Shown: positions 28,370 to 39,869 of the stretch, in pieces | Numbering within the stretch: position 1 is the stretch's first letter | Layout: each line of letters begins with the position of its first letter | NCBI GenBank assembly: GCA_965204575.1 | Contig: OZ241993.1 | Location: 704,001 to 768,000, forward strand | Reading direction: 5' to 3' | Source: an uncultured candidatus Porisulfidus sp. | GTDB taxonomy: Bacteria > Pseudomonadota > Gammaproteobacteria > Poriferisulfidales > Poriferisulfidaceae | Length of the DNA: 64,000 nucleotides | Translations under genes and position numbers: made by a program | Notes under the pieces: generated by a model | Seen by the model: only the letters and a program-made list of their open reading frames with translations | Told to the model about the DNA's origin: nothing | Databases searched by the model: none

Positions 28370-28582
28370 TCAAGCGAACATCAGGCGTTCGCCCTTGGGT
28401 TCGGGGACAGGTCGCCCCAACTCTTGGGCCCGGTCGATCCAGAACTGCATCGCATCGTTGATGTTTTGCAAGGCGGTTTCCTGATCGTCGCCATGTGCCA
28501 TACACCCAGACAACTCGGGGACCTCAGCAACAAATACCTGATCTTCGTTGCTCCAGTAGAGAATGATTTCATATTTGTGCAT
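28370..28582 (-). CDS. hicB: HicB-family antitoxin
   Basis: YEIILYWSNED...FVAEVPELSGCMAHGD...GRPVPEPKG. ATG overlaps the hicA stop (TGATG). Confidence 0.9.
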   Translation of the reverse strand: MHKYEIILYWSNEDQVFVAEVPELSGCMAHGDDQETALQNINDAMQFWIDRAQELGRPVPEPKGERLMFA

Positions 28583-28836
28583 CAGATTTCCTCCTCCAAT
28601 CGGTATTTTAGAATTAACTGCCGGACCTGTTTTACTTGATAAGGTTTCACTTGCCCGCCCCGGCTCTGCAAATTGATGAGTTCCACAACGCCTTCCTTGT
28701 CGAAGAGATGGTGACTGCCCCGTACCCGCTCCGAGAAACCTAGGTGGCGTAGCAAGGCACATAGGTCGGCGAAACGGATGTTCGCGTCTGATCGTCCATG
28801 GAGAATAGTCTGAAACAGTCGCTCATGCCGACCCAT
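28582..28836 (-). CDS. hicA: HicA-family toxin
   Basis: NIRFADL...LGF...RGSHHLF...KPYQVKQV. Confidence 0.9.
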   Translation of the reverse strand: MGRHERLFQTILHGRSDANIRFADLCALLRHLGFSERVRGSHHLFDKEGVVELINLQSRGGQVKPYQVKQVRQLILKYRLEEEI

Positions 28837-29049
28837 GGCTCGTCTTCCTCAATCCGCTGGAATCAAAAGCCTGCATAAAAATAAGTTGTGTATCAAATAG
28901 ATACATAATCATCGCCGGTGCCGAATAAATACTCATTTTACAGCCGCAAAAGAATAAATTCCAGCCTCGGAGGGAAGAGAAAAATTTGACTTTGCGTGGA
29001 CATTGGGTTGATACAGTTTCCGAAAACAGGCGCAATCCCCTAAACTTAA

Positions 29050-30057
<1,008 letters not shown>

Positions 30058-30081
30058 AAGCCTTTAGGGAGTTTCCGGTTC

Positions 30082-30912
30082 GTGGAGCGTTATGCCGTTA
30101 TCGGGTATCCGGTCACGCACAGCCTGTCACCGGCTATTCATGCCGGGTTCGCGGCCCAGACCGGAAAAGAAATCCACTACGAGCAACTGAATGTCCCGGC
30201 GACCGACTTCGAGACCGCGGTGCGGGATTTCCGGCAGGCGGGCGGCTGCGGGCTTAACGTGACCGTGCCGCACAAAGAGGCCGCGCTGAATCTGGCAAAG
30301 GAGGTCATGCCGCAGGCCCGCATGGCGGGTGCGGCCAACTGGTTGGCATTCAGGGAGGGCGTCGTCGTCGCCGGCAACACGGACGGCAGTGGCCTGGTTT
30401 GCGACTTGACCGAGACGCTGGGCCTCGACCTGTCCGGCATGCGGATTTTGTTGCTGGGTGCCGGTGGCGCGGCACGGGGCATCTTGGGCCCCCTGCTGGG
30501 ATGCGCCCCGAAGCACCTGACCGTGGCCAACCGCACTCCCGAACGCGCGAACGCGCTGGTTCAAGCGCATGGTTCGCCTGGAAATCTCGAAGCATGCGGG
30601 CTGGGGGACCTGGGCGAGGCTTCCTTCGATTTGATTCTCAACGCGACGGCGGCGGAGTTGTCGGCCTCGCCAATGAATTTGCCGCCCTCGATCCTGGATG
30701 CGGAATCAACGGTCTGCTATGACCTGATGTACGGTGCCGAGACCGCGTTCATGGCTTGGGCGTGGCAGGCCGGTTGCGCCTGCGTTTGCGATGGGCTCGG
30801 GATGCTGGTAGAGCAGGCCGCGGAGAGTTTCGAGTTGTGGCACGGCATCCGCCCCGACACCGCGCCGGTACGCGCCCGCCTGCGTTCGGCGGTCAGGCCC
30901 CGTACTCCCTGA
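30082..30912 (+). CDS. aroE: Shikimate dehydrogenase
   Basis: HSLSPAIH, NVTVPHK, NTDG, LGAGGAARG, YDLMY and DGLGMLVEQAA. Confidence 0.95.
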   Translation: MERYAVIGYPVTHSLSPAIHAGFAAQTGKEIHYEQLNVPATDFETAVRDFRQAGGCGLNVTVPHKEAALNLAKEVMPQARMAGAANWLAFREGVVVAGNTDGSGLVCDLTETLGLDLSGMRILLLGAGGAARGILGPLLGCAPKHLTVANRTPERANALVQAHGSPGNLEACGLGDLGEASFDLILNATAAELSASPMNLPPSILDAESTVCYDLMYGAETAFMAWAWQAGCACVCDGLGMLVEQAAESFELWHGIRPDTAPVRARLRSAVRPRTP

Positions 30913-31558
30913 GATAACCTTCGATCTGCTCTTGATACTGCCGATACTGCGGGATGTCTTTCAGGAACTGGTAGAAATCGCTGGCGCACGCGACTGAAAT
31001 GACCGGAATCCCGCAATGTTCTTCAAGCTCCTGCACCGCAGAGCGCTGGCCCTGCCCGCGTTCGCCGCGATCCATCAGGATGAGCAGCCCGACCGGTGTG
31101 GCGCCGAGCGACCGGATCAGGTCCACCGAGCCCCGGACCGTGATCCCGGACGAGATCACGTCATCCACGAGCAGTACCCGGCCCTCGACCGGGGCTCCGA
31201 AGGTCTGTCCCTGATCGCCATGGTCCTTGGCTTCCTTGCGGTCAAAGCCTACCGGCACGGTCCGGCCGTACAGCCGCTGGAACGCGCAGGCGGCGGAGGT
31301 GGCCAGGGGGATGCCTTTGTAGGCCGGGCCGAACAGCATGTCGAACTGGATGCCCGCATCGGTGGCGGCTTGGGCATAGAACGTCCCGACCTGTTCCAGC
31401 GCCGCACCGTCGTTGAAGGACCCGGCATTGAAGAAATACGGGCTTTTGCGGCCGGACTTCAGCGTGAAATCGCCGAATTTCAGGCATTCGTACTCCAGTG
31501 CGAGCCGCAGAAACGCGGCCCGGTAGTCTATTGGCGGGGTCGTGGCGGGTGGCGGCAT
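30893..31558 (-). CDS. pyrE: Orotate phosphoribosyltransferase
   Basis: FGDFTLKSGRKSPYFFNAG, FGPAYKGIP, RKEAKDHG and LVDDVISSG. Confidence 0.96.
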   Translation of the reverse strand: MPPPATTPPIDYRAAFLRLALEYECLKFGDFTLKSGRKSPYFFNAGSFNDGAALEQVGTFYAQAATDAGIQFDMLFGPAYKGIPLATSAACAFQRLYGRTVPVGFDRKEAKDHGDQGQTFGAPVEGRVLLVDDVISSGITVRGSVDLIRSLGATPVGLLILMDRGERGQGQRSAVQELEEHCGIPVISVACASDFYQFLKDIPQYRQYQEQIEGYLREYGA

Positions 31559-31616
31559 GCCGGTATACGGGGGTTCCAGCCTGATTTTATCCGATGCAGT
31601 CGGCGAGAGGGGCGCG

Positions 31617-32384
31617 ATGCGCATAATTACGCTTAACGCGAATGGCATCCGAAGCGCCGAACGCAAGGGATTCTTCCGGTGGCTGGCCCGCCAGCGGGCG
31701 GATGTGGTCTGCCTGCAGGAGCTCAAGGCCCACCTGCACCAGATCGATTTGCCGATGTTCTATCCGAAGTCGTTTCATTGCTACTACCATCCGGCCGAGC
31801 GGCCCGGCTACAGCGGCGTGGCTTTGTTCTCGCGGGAGGAGCCGGACCGGATCATCGAGGGTTTCGGCTCGGCCGAATTCGACCCGGAGGGCCGCTACCT
31901 GGAGGCTCGCTTCGGTCGCCTGTCGGTGGTTTCCCTGTATGCGCCGTCCGGGTCTTCGAGCGAGGAACGCCAGCAGGCGAAATACCGGTTCATGGACGAG
32001 TTCATGGCGCACCTCCAGTCCCTGCGGCGCCGGCGCGCCATTGTGTGCGGCGACTGGAACATCGCACACCGCGAAATCGACCTGAAGAACTGGCGCTCGA
32101 ACCGGAAGAACTCGGGTTTCCTGCCGGAAGAACGGGCCTGGATGGGCCAGGTGTTCGGCTCGGGCGGATTCGTGGACGCCTTTCGAGAGGTCGATGCCAG
32201 GCCCGAGCAATACACCTGGTGGTCCAATCGCGGCCGGGCCTGGGACAAGAACGTGGGTTGGCGGATCGATTACCAGGTGGTGTCGCGGAACCTGGCAAAC
32301 TGTGCCCGCCGTGTACGCATCTACAAGGCGCAGCGGTTTTCCGATCACTCGCCGTTGATCATGGACTACGAACTGCCGGGGTGA
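31617..32384 (+). CDS. xth: Exodeoxyribonuclease III family protein
   Basis: NANGIRSA, CLQELK, GYSGV, CGDWNIAH, YTWWS, GWRIDY and SDHSP. Divergent from pyrE. Confidence 0.93.
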   Translation: MRIITLNANGIRSAERKGFFRWLARQRADVVCLQELKAHLHQIDLPMFYPKSFHCYYHPAERPGYSGVALFSREEPDRIIEGFGSAEFDPEGRYLEARFGRLSVVSLYAPSGSSSEERQQAKYRFMDEFMAHLQSLRRRRAIVCGDWNIAHREIDLKNWRSNRKNSGFLPEERAWMGQVFGSGGFVDAFREVDARPEQYTWWSNRGRAWDKNVGWRIDYQVVSRNLANCARRVRIYKAQRFSDHSPLIMDYELPG

Positions 32385-32391
32385 GGACGGG

Positions 32392-33747
32392 GTGGAAATT
32401 CACACGCTGAGCTGGCGCGAGACGCTGGCCATGTACCGGGACATCCGGATGGTGCGGATCCTGTTGATCGGCACGTTGAGCGGACTGCCGCAGGTCGCAG
32501 TGCTGTCCATGATGACCCTGTGGCTGCAGGAGAGTGGATTCAGCCGGACGGACATCGGCCTGTTCGGCTTGGTGCTGGTCGTGTATGCGGTCAATGTCGC
32601 ATGGGCTCCCATCGTGGACGCGGTGCGCCTTCCGGTCCTGGCCCGATGGCTGGGTCCCCGACGATCCTGGATCGTTGCCATGCAGACGGTGATCGTCGTA
32701 TGCCTGGCCGCGCTGTCGCGCTTGGAGCCCGACGGGCAGCTTGAATGGATCGCGATCTGGGCGGTGGTGCTGGCGGCGGCCGGCGCGACCCAGGACGTTG
32801 CCATCGACGCCTTGCGGATCGAACAGTTCCGCGAAGACGAGCCGCGCAAGGTCGGCGGGGGCTCGGCGATGGCGACCTCCGGCTGGTGGGTCGGCTACGG
32901 TTTGGGCGGAGGGCTCGCCCTGTGGCTGGTGGAGCGACTGCAGGAAGCCGGGATCGAACGGGCCTGGCAGCAGGGTTATCTATGGCTGATCCTGCTGGTC
33001 GGCGTGCTGGTCGGCCTGTTCCTGTGGCTGGTGCCGGAACCCGATCGCCCCCGGCAGACGGTGAAGCGAACCGTCAGTTGGGGACTTCATCTCGTGAAGA
33101 TGTACGTGCACCCCGTGCGGAGTTTCGTGGTGCGCTACGGAGCGCAGCTCGCAGCCTTCCTGCTGCTGGCGATCTTCCTGTTCAAGGTGGGCGAGGCTTT
33201 CCTGGGGCGGATGTCGCTGGTGTTCTACACCGAAATCGGCTTCTCCAAGTCCGACATCGCGTTGTATTCCAAGGGCTACGGGGCCGTGGCCATCGCCGTC
33301 TTCGCGGTGCTGGGCAGCCTGATCAATGCCCGCTACGGCCTGCTGCGCGGGATCATCATCGGTGGCGTGGCAATGGCGCTGACCAACCTGCTCTTCGCGC
33401 TTCTGGCTTGGTACCCGTCATCAGGGCTGTTCGTGGCCGCCGTGATCGCCGACCAGTTCACCACGGCAATCTCGACGGTTGCGTTCGTCGCCTTCCTGTC
33501 GCAACTGTGCGACCGGAACTGGACGGCCACCCAGTACGCGGCGCTGGCTTCCCTGGGTACGCTGTCCCGGACCCTGCTTGCCGCCGGCAGCGGCATCCTG
33601 ATCGACGGGCTGGGCGGCGACTGGCCGCTGTTCTTCGTCATCACGACTTTGATGGTGGTACCCAGCCTTTTGCTGATCGCGATGAACCGTCGCCGGCTGG
33701 CACCCTTTATGGAAGGGCGGTCAGTGAGTAAAATGGGAGAAGTTTGA
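32392..33747 (+). CDS. ampG: AmpG-family muropeptide MFS transporter
   Basis: SGLP, WAPIVD, RRSW, ATQDVAIDALRIE and TATQYA, with many transmembrane segments. Confidence 0.9.
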   Translation: MEIHTLSWRETLAMYRDIRMVRILLIGTLSGLPQVAVLSMMTLWLQESGFSRTDIGLFGLVLVVYAVNVAWAPIVDAVRLPVLARWLGPRRSWIVAMQTVIVVCLAALSRLEPDGQLEWIAIWAVVLAAAGATQDVAIDALRIEQFREDEPRKVGGGSAMATSGWWVGYGLGGGLALWLVERLQEAGIERAWQQGYLWLILLVGVLVGLFLWLVPEPDRPRQTVKRTVSWGLHLVKMYVHPVRSFVVRYGAQLAAFLLLAIFLFKVGEAFLGRMSLVFYTEIGFSKSDIALYSKGYGAVAIAVFAVLGSLINARYGLLRGIIIGGVAMALTNLLFALLAWYPSSGLFVAAVIADQFTTAISTVAFVAFLSQLCDRNWTATQYAALASLGTLSRTLLAAGSGILIDGLGGDWPLFFVITTLMVVPSLLLIAMNRRRLAPFMEGRSVSKMGEV

Positions 33748-33765
33748 GTTTATCGGAGCAGTGCG

Positions 33766-34488
33766 ATGGAACCGGAAGACGTAGTCCAACACTCGTCCGC
33801 TGAATTTGCTCGATTCCTGAAGAGCGTGCGGGACCACGCTCTGGAGATGGGCGGATTGGCAGAGCAGCACGTCGAGTCGGCGACTCAGGCGTTCCTTGAA
33901 GGGGACCAGAAGCTGGCCAAGAAGATTGCGCGTGCCGACTTCAAGGTCAATGCGCTGGAAGTGAAGATCGACGAGGAATGCAGCGAATTCCTGGCCTTGC
34001 GGCATCCGGTCGCCATGGACCTGCGTACGGTGATCGCGGTGATCAAGGCCACGACGGACCTGGAACGGGTCGGCGACGAGGCGGAGAAAATTGCCCGGTT
34101 GACAGTAGAGCTGGATTACCAAGCGGTCCGGAAGCGGCACCTGCGGGCCGTGAAGCACATCATCCGCCATGTCCGGGCCATGCTGCACAAGTCGCTTGAT
34201 GCGTTTGCCCGGCTGGACACGGATCTGGCACTGGAGGTTCTCAAGGAAGACGCCGAAGTCGACCAGGAATACGAAGCCGGCATCCGCCAGATGATCACGT
34301 TCATGATGGAGGATCCGCACGACATCCGCCTGGTGTTGGAAATCTTGTGGTGCGCCAAGGCGCTGGAACGGATCGGCGACCATGCCGCCAACATCTGCGA
34401 GCATGTGCTGTACCAGGTCATCGGCAAGGACCTGCGGCATGTCTCGATTGAACAGGTGGAGATAGAACTGGCCGAAGCGCAGATCTGA
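33766..34488 (+). CDS. phoU: Phosphate signalling complex protein PhoU
   Basis: MGGLAE, PVAMDLR, DLERVGD and ALERIGDHAANICE. Confidence 0.95.
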   Translation: MEPEDVVQHSSAEFARFLKSVRDHALEMGGLAEQHVESATQAFLEGDQKLAKKIARADFKVNALEVKIDEECSEFLALRHPVAMDLRTVIAVIKATTDLERVGDEAEKIARLTVELDYQAVRKRHLRAVKHIIRHVRAMLHKSLDAFARLDTDLALEVLKEDAEVDQEYEAGIRQMITFMMEDPHDIRLVLEILWCAKALERIGDHAANICEHVLYQVIGKDLRHVSIEQVEIELAEAQI

Positions 34489-34506
34489 CCGGGATACGGC
34501 GGCGTA

Positions 34507-37500
34507 TCAGCCGCCGAAAGCGTACTTGAAGCCCAGTTTGAACCGGCGGCCCTTGGCGTCGTGGGTCAGGTTGTCGTGTGCCGCCTCCCAGTCCACTTGC
34601 GGTGGGTCCTCATCCGCGATGTTGTGGACCGTGAGCGTCAGCGTCGTGTTTCCGGCCGGCGGCTCCCAGCGCAGGCCGATGTCCAGGGTGACGAAACTGT
34701 CGATGTCCGGGTAAAGGCTGCCCGCCCTTCTATCGTCGTAGGCGGAGATGTAGTGCATGTAGAGGCTGGTGGTCCAGTCGCCCGAGGCGTAGCTGGCGAA
34801 GCCGTGCCCTTTCCATCGTGGCAATGGCGGGATGTCGAAGTCGGTGGGGTCGTTGTAGTAGCCGGCCGCTTTGACTTTGTCCCTCAACTGGACCCCCCTG
34901 AAATTCATGGCGTCGACGTCATACTCCAATAGGTAGGTGCCGCCCAGCCCCCATGAGAAGATGCCCTGCTCCTCATCGTGGCGGCCACCCAAATTGAAAT
35001 CCAGCCCGGATGTGCGGATGGTCGGACCGTTGATCATTCGCGTGCGGATCGTCTCGACCTGGCAGGTACTTGGCGTGGTGGCGGCGTGCCCGGTTCCTGC
35101 GGCGCAAACGATAAGGTCATCTACCGGCGAAGCGGTCGCGCTGGTGTTGAACTCCCCATCGCTCGTGTACCAGTTGTTCTCGTAGGCGGCAAGGATGGAG
35201 CCGTGCGGGGTCGCCGTGATGGGGTCGTCGAAGATGTATTTCCAGTAGTCCAGGGTCAACTCCACTCCGCTTCCGAACTCCGCGAACATGCCGATGTTGT
35301 ACGTCAGCGCTTCCTCGGGATCAAGCCCTTTGTCTCCGCGCACCTCGATCGGCTTGTAGGCGCCGTCGACCCATTCCTGCCTGTAGAAAGGATCTTCGTT
35401 CAGGTCGTCCACCGAGGGGGCGCGGAAGGTTGTCTGTACCGACCCGCGCAGGGTGACAGAATCCGATACGTCCCAGAGCAACGCCGCCTTGGGATCGAAT
35501 GTGCTGGATTCGTCGTGTTCCTCGTAGTGGACGGCGAGTTGCGTGCTCATCGTGTCGCTGAGGTCGTGGGCCCACTCGCCGAAGAACGAATGGGTCGTCT
35601 GGTGCGTGGAGTAGGGGTAGTTCCCGACGGTGAAGCCGAACGTGCCGATTTGCCCGTCCGTGAACGCGACCCCAGGACTCTTGTTCTGTTCGGCACAGTC
35701 AAGTTCCTCGTCCGACGCGCTGGGGGTTTGGTCCTTGTTGACCCGGCACGGGTTGATGCTGAGGTCGCCGGCCCGGTTCGGAGTCGCTTCAGCCTCGAAT
35801 CGACGGAACTGGTAGCCGGCGGCAAAACTGCCCATGTCCTCGCCCACATCCCCGGTCAGGGTGAGATCGAACACGTACAGGTCCGCTTCGCTGTCCAGGG
35901 ATACCTCGCTGCCGACCATCCAATCGAGCAATTCCCGGCTGTTTGTCCTCGTCTCGTCGTAGTCGGGATTGGGGCGCGCGGCGAACTCGGCTCCGGGCTG
36001 TTCGGAGTATTGCAGCGCATGACTGTAAGGGTTGTAGTACATGCAGTCGCCCTCTCCGGCACTCTTGCCGGCGATGTCGCCGAGCTTCAGGCCGGACTTC
36101 TTCGTGGGGTCTGGCAATGCCTCCACGCCGCAGTTCGGGCCGCCGAAACCGCGGTACGCGAGAAAGCGCCGGGTGATGTATCCCGCGGGCTGGCCCACGG
36201 TCCCCTCGGAATGCGAGTAGGAGAAGCCCACGTCGTATTCGTACAGGTTGTCGCCGAACAGGCTGATTTCGTCATTGACCGATGCCGATAGGCGCCAGGT
36301 CTCCGATTCCCGCTTCATGAACCGCGCGGGACCCGAATGCCCGACCGTCCGGCCTCTGAAGCCGTAGGGATTGCCGCCGTTTTCGCCGAAAGTTTCGACC
36401 AGCGTATCGTAGGCCGGGTGGTTCATGTCGATGAGGTTGACCTCGTCGGCGTTTGCCCAGGCGGCTGGCGGATAGGATGGCGTATTGCGCCATTCGGGGA
36501 TGTCCGCCTCGGAGTACATCGCTTCCAGGTGGTAGGCCATGCCGGTCTCGAATTCGCCGTTGAGTTCCGCGAAGATCCGGGTGTGGTCCTGCTTCTCGAT
36601 TAGGTTGTCGAACTGGCTGTAGCGGAACCGGCAGGTCCAGGTTTCCGCATATCCGCCGAACTCCTCGCACCGGGGGTCGTTGAACCACTTGACCTGCGTG
36701 CCCGCCGTATCCGTATCGCTGTCGACACGCGTCTCCCCATCTGCCTGCAGCCGGTAGAAAGTTCCCGGGTTGCCCACGCTGGACCAGCCGTTGAGTAGCC
36801 CCGCGAATTCCCGCAGCCCCCAGTCCCGTTCTCCGGCCTGCAATTCCTGTCGCCGATAGTGTTCCGCCGCGACCACCAAGTGCGCGTTATCGCCAACGTC
36901 AACGCCCCAGATGCCTGCGATCGTGCTGTCACCCGCATTCTCGAAAGAATCATGCGAAGCACTCAGTTCAAAACCGTCGAAATCCTTGCGCGTATGGAAG
37001 TTGACCACGCCGCCCATAGCGTCCGAGCCGTAGATGGCGGCCGCCCCTTCTTTAAGAACATCAATGCGCTCGATCGCCACCTGGGGGATCGTGTTCACAT
37101 CCACGAAGCGGCCGCTGACCAAGCGTGCCGGGACGTAGACCTGCCGTCGGCCGTTGATCAGCACCAGTGTGCGCGAGGCGCCCAGCCCGCGCAGGTTCAC
37201 GTTGGAGACCGATTCGGCCAGGTTCTGGCCGGTGCCGTACCAGCTGTTGTTTTCGCCGAGGATGCCGTGGCTCGCGCTCAGGTTCTTGAACAGGTCGACC
37301 ATGGAGGGCGAGCCCTGGAGTTCCAGCAGGCTCCGGTCCATCGTGACCACCTGCATGGAGGCGTCGTTGGCGTCCTGCTTGATGAAACTGCCCGTGACGG
37401 TAATCTCTTCCGCCTCGTTGTTCTCTTCAGGTTCGTCGGCATGCACCGGGAGTGATGCCGCGCCCAGAAAGAGCCCGGCAACCACAAGCCCACACTGCGC

Positions 37501-37569
37501 CAAGCTTAACCGGCGATCAAAACAAGGCGACTGGGCATACCCTTGATATCTGATCGGATTCTCCGCCAT
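34507..37569 (-). CDS. Large TonB-dependent receptor
   Basis: Signal peptide, EEITVTGS, NLRGLGASRTLVLINGRR, IERIDVLKEGAAAIYGSDA and a barrel C-terminus. ATG 37569 inferred. Confidence 0.93.
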   Translation of the reverse strand: MAENPIRYQGYAQSPCFDRRLSLAQCGLVVAGLFLGAASLPVHADEPEENNEAEEITVTGSFIKQDANDASMQVVTMDRSLLELQGSPSMVDLFKNLSASHGILGENNSWYGTGQNLAESVSNVNLRGLGASRTLVLINGRRQVYVPARLVSGRFVDVNTIPQVAIERIDVLKEGAAAIYGSDAMGGVVNFHTRKDFDGFELSASHDSFENAGDSTIAGIWGVDVGDNAHLVVAAEHYRRQELQAGERDWGLREFAGLLNGWSSVGNPGTFYRLQADGETRVDSDTDTAGTQVKWFNDPRCEEFGGYAETWTCRFRYSQFDNLIEKQDHTRIFAELNGEFETGMAYHLEAMYSEADIPEWRNTPSYPPAAWANADEVNLIDMNHPAYDTLVETFGENGGNPYGFRGRTVGHSGPARFMKRESETWRLSASVNDEISLFGDNLYEYDVGFSYSHSEGTVGQPAGYITRRFLAYRGFGGPNCGVEALPDPTKKSGLKLGDIAGKSAGEGDCMYYNPYSHALQYSEQPGAEFAARPNPDYDETRTNSRELLDWMVGSEVSLDSEADLYVFDLTLTGDVGEDMGSFAAGYQFRRFEAEATPNRAGDLSINPCRVNKDQTPSASDEELDCAEQNKSPGVAFTDGQIGTFGFTVGNYPYSTHQTTHSFFGEWAHDLSDTMSTQLAVHYEEHDESSTFDPKAALLWDVSDSVTLRGSVQTTFRAPSVDDLNEDPFYRQEWVDGAYKPIEVRGDKGLDPEEALTYNIGMFAEFGSGVELTLDYWKYIFDDPITATPHGSILAAYENNWYTSDGEFNTSATASPVDDLIVCAAGTGHAATTPSTCQVETIRTRMINGPTIRTSGLDFNLGGRHDEEQGIFSWGLGGTYLLEYDVDAMNFRGVQLRDKVKAAGYYNDPTDFDIPPLPRWKGHGFASYASGDWTTSLYMHYISAYDDRRAGSLYPDIDSFVTLDIGLRWEPPAGNTTLTLTVHNIADEDPPQVDWEAAHDNLTHDAKGRRFKLGFKYAFGG

Positions 37570-37712
37570 CGGGCCCCCTACTTCGTGCCCCCGCCACTTT
37601 ATCATAATACTGAAATACGATTCCCGCAATTTGGCGGCAGTCTGGAGACCGGGTTTCCGCCTCTCGACCTGGACGGCTGAGAGCCTTGGAATATGCGGGA
37701 TCGGCCGGAAGA

Positions 37713-38615
37713 TCAGGCCAGGAGGAATTCCAGCAGGGCCTTTTGCGCGTGCAGCCGGTTTTCCGCTTCTTGCCAGACCACGCTCTGAGGCCCGTCGATC
37801 ACCTCGGCGGTTACTTCTTCGCCGCGGTGGGCCGGGAGACAGTGCATGAACAGGGCATCCGGGGCAGCCCGGGCCATCAGTTCGGCATTCACCTGGTAGG
37901 GTTGAAATACCTGGCAGCGGTCGGAGTGCTCGTCTTCCTGACCCATGCTGGCCCAGACATCGGTGACGACCAACTGCGCGTCGGCGACGGCGGTATTCGG
38001 GTCTTCATGCCACTGAACCTGGTCCGGGGCGCAGTTCAGCCATTCCTCGCCGGGCGTATAGTCGGCGGGCGTGGCGATGCGCAAGGAAAAACCGAACTGT
38101 CGGGCCGCATTGATGTAGGAGCGGCACATGTTGTTGCCGTCGCCCACGAACGCGACCTGAGCGCCGCGGATGTCGCCGCGCAACTCCCGCCACGTCAGCA
38201 AGTCGGCCAGGAGTTGGCAGGGATGCAGCCGGTCGGTCAACCCGTTGATGACCGGCACGGACGAGGCCCGGGCGTAATTCTCGAGTGTTTCATGCGCGTA
38301 GGTGCGCACCATGATCGCGTCGGCCATTGAGGACAGCACCCGCGCCGCATCCTCGACCGGCTCTCCGCGGGACTGTTGCGTGGATTGCGGGGACAGGAAC
38401 AATGCGCTGCCGCCGAGCTGGGCCATGCCCGCCTCGAACGACACCCGGGTCCGGGTCGAATTCTTGTCGAACACCATGGCCAGGGTCTTGCCGGCCAGCA
38501 GCCCCCAGTCGGTTCCGCTTTGGCGCATCTCCTTCAGTTCCACTGCCCGGTCGAGGACGCTGTCGAGCGTGGCCGGGCTCAGATCCATCAGGCTCAGGAA
38601 GTGCTGTACGCTCAT
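37713..38615 (-). CDS. argF: Ornithine carbamoyltransferase
   Basis: [25 protein letters not shown] and [13 protein letters not shown] overlap with argD. Confidence 0.96.
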   Translation of the reverse strand: MSVQHFLSLMDLSPATLDSVLDRAVELKEMRQSGTDWGLLAGKTLAMVFDKNSTRTRVSFEAGMAQLGGSALFLSPQSTQQSRGEPVEDAARVLSSMADAIMVRTYAHETLENYARASSVPVINGLTDRLHPCQLLADLLTWRELRGDIRGAQVAFVGDGNNMCRSYINAARQFGFSLRIATPADYTPGEEWLNCAPDQVQWHEDPNTAVADAQLVVTDVWASMGQEDEHSDRCQVFQPYQVNAELMARAAPDALFMHCLPAHRGEEVTAEVIDGPQSVVWQEAENRLHAQKALLEFLLA

Positions 38616-39802
38616 GCCGTCCCTCCCGCGGTCTCTGCCAGGAGAGGAATCAGGCGTTCGCAAAGGAGGTCGGCTTCCTCGTCGCTCATCACCAGGGGCG
38701 GCAGGAGCCGCACCACCCGTTCCTGGGTCACATTGATGAGCAGGCGCGACTGCAGGGCCCGCGCGACGAGATCGGGAGCCGGCTCGCTCAGCTCAATGCC
38801 GATCATCAGCCCCCGGCCGCGAATGGACTCGATCCCGGGCAGTTCCGCCAGTGCGGCATGAAAACGTTCCATCAGGGTATTCCCCAGTTGTTCCGCGCGT
38901 TCCAGAAGCTGATCCTTGTCCAGGGCATCAAGAACCGAAAGCCCCACCCGGCAGGCCAGGTGACTGCCGCCGAACGTCGTGCCGTGTTGCCCGGCCGCCA
39001 GGGCGGTCGCTGCCGCTCCCCGTGTCAGGCAGGCCCCGATAGGATAGCCATTGCCGAGTGCCTTGGCAAGCGTCACGGCATCCGGCAGGATGCCGGCATG
39101 CTGGTAGGCGAACAGCCGGCCGGTCCGGCCCATACCGGTTTGCACTTCGTCCAGGGTCAGCAGCACGTCGTGCGCGTCGCACAGCTTGCGCAGGCCGACC
39201 AGGTAATCGTCGTCGACCGGACGGACGCCACCTTCGCCCTGGATGGGCTCGATCAGTACCGCCACCGCGTTCGGGTGCTGGGCAAGGGTGGCCTGCATCA
39301 TGGGCAGGTCATTGAAGCCAACCCGCACGAAACCTTCGGCGTAAGGGGCGAAGCCCTCGCGGACCCGGGCCCCCGACGACGCGCTGAGCGTCATCAGGGT
39401 GCGTCCGTGAAACGCGCCCTCGACCACCAGCACTTCCGGGGACGTGATGTTCTTCCGGGCGGCGTGCAGCCTTGCGATCTTCAGCGCGCATTCGTTCGCT
39501 TCCGCACCGGAATTGCAGAAAAAGGCGCGTTCCATGCCGGAAGCCTCGGCCAGCCGGCCTGCCAGGGCCTCCTGCGGTTCGATCCCGTAGAGGTTGGAGG
39601 TGTGCATCAGGATGCCCGCCTGTTCGCGCAGGACTGCGGTCACGTCGGGATGGCAGTGCCCCAGCGCGCACACGGCGATTCCGGCGACGGCATCGAGGTA
39701 TTCGTCGCCGTTTTCATCCCATAGCCGACACCCTTGCCCACGGACGAAACGTACCGGGAGCCGGGCGTAGGTGGGAAGCAGGGCGGAGTCAGTTTCAAGC
39801 AT
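38612..39802 (-). CDS. argD: Acetylornithine aminotransferase
   Basis: [37 protein letters not shown] and HGTTFGG. Confidence 0.93.
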   Translation of the reverse strand: MLETDSALLPTYARLPVRFVRGQGCRLWDENGDEYLDAVAGIAVCALGHCHPDVTAVLREQAGILMHTSNLYGIEPQEALAGRLAEASGMERAFFCNSGAEANECALKIARLHAARKNITSPEVLVVEGAFHGRTLMTLSASSGARVREGFAPYAEGFVRVGFNDLPMMQATLAQHPNAVAVLIEPIQGEGGVRPVDDDYLVGLRKLCDAHDVLLTLDEVQTGMGRTGRLFAYQHAGILPDAVTLAKALGNGYPIGACLTRGAAATALAAGQHGTTFGGSHLACRVGLSVLDALDKDQLLERAEQLGNTLMERFHAALAELPGIESIRGRGLMIGIELSEPAPDLVARALQSRLLINVTQERVVRLLPPLVMSDEEADLLCERLIPLLAETAGGTA

Positions 39803-39811
39803 AGTCGTTAA

Positions 39812-39843
39812 GGCAAAGCGGCAGCCGTAGCTGCCGCCTTGCC
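39812..39843. terminator. GC-rich hairpin downstream of the membrane-protein gene
   Basis: GGCAAAGCGGCAGC-CGTA-GCTGCCGCCTTGCC stem-loop. Confidence 0.55.
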
Positions 39844-39869
39844 CTCAACAGGGGGTGGTCGCGAGGTAT

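Noticed and set aside
37570-37712. Fur box or riboswitch upstream of the large receptor
   Set aside because: No convincing match to GATAATGATAATCATTATC or to an aptamer I recognise.
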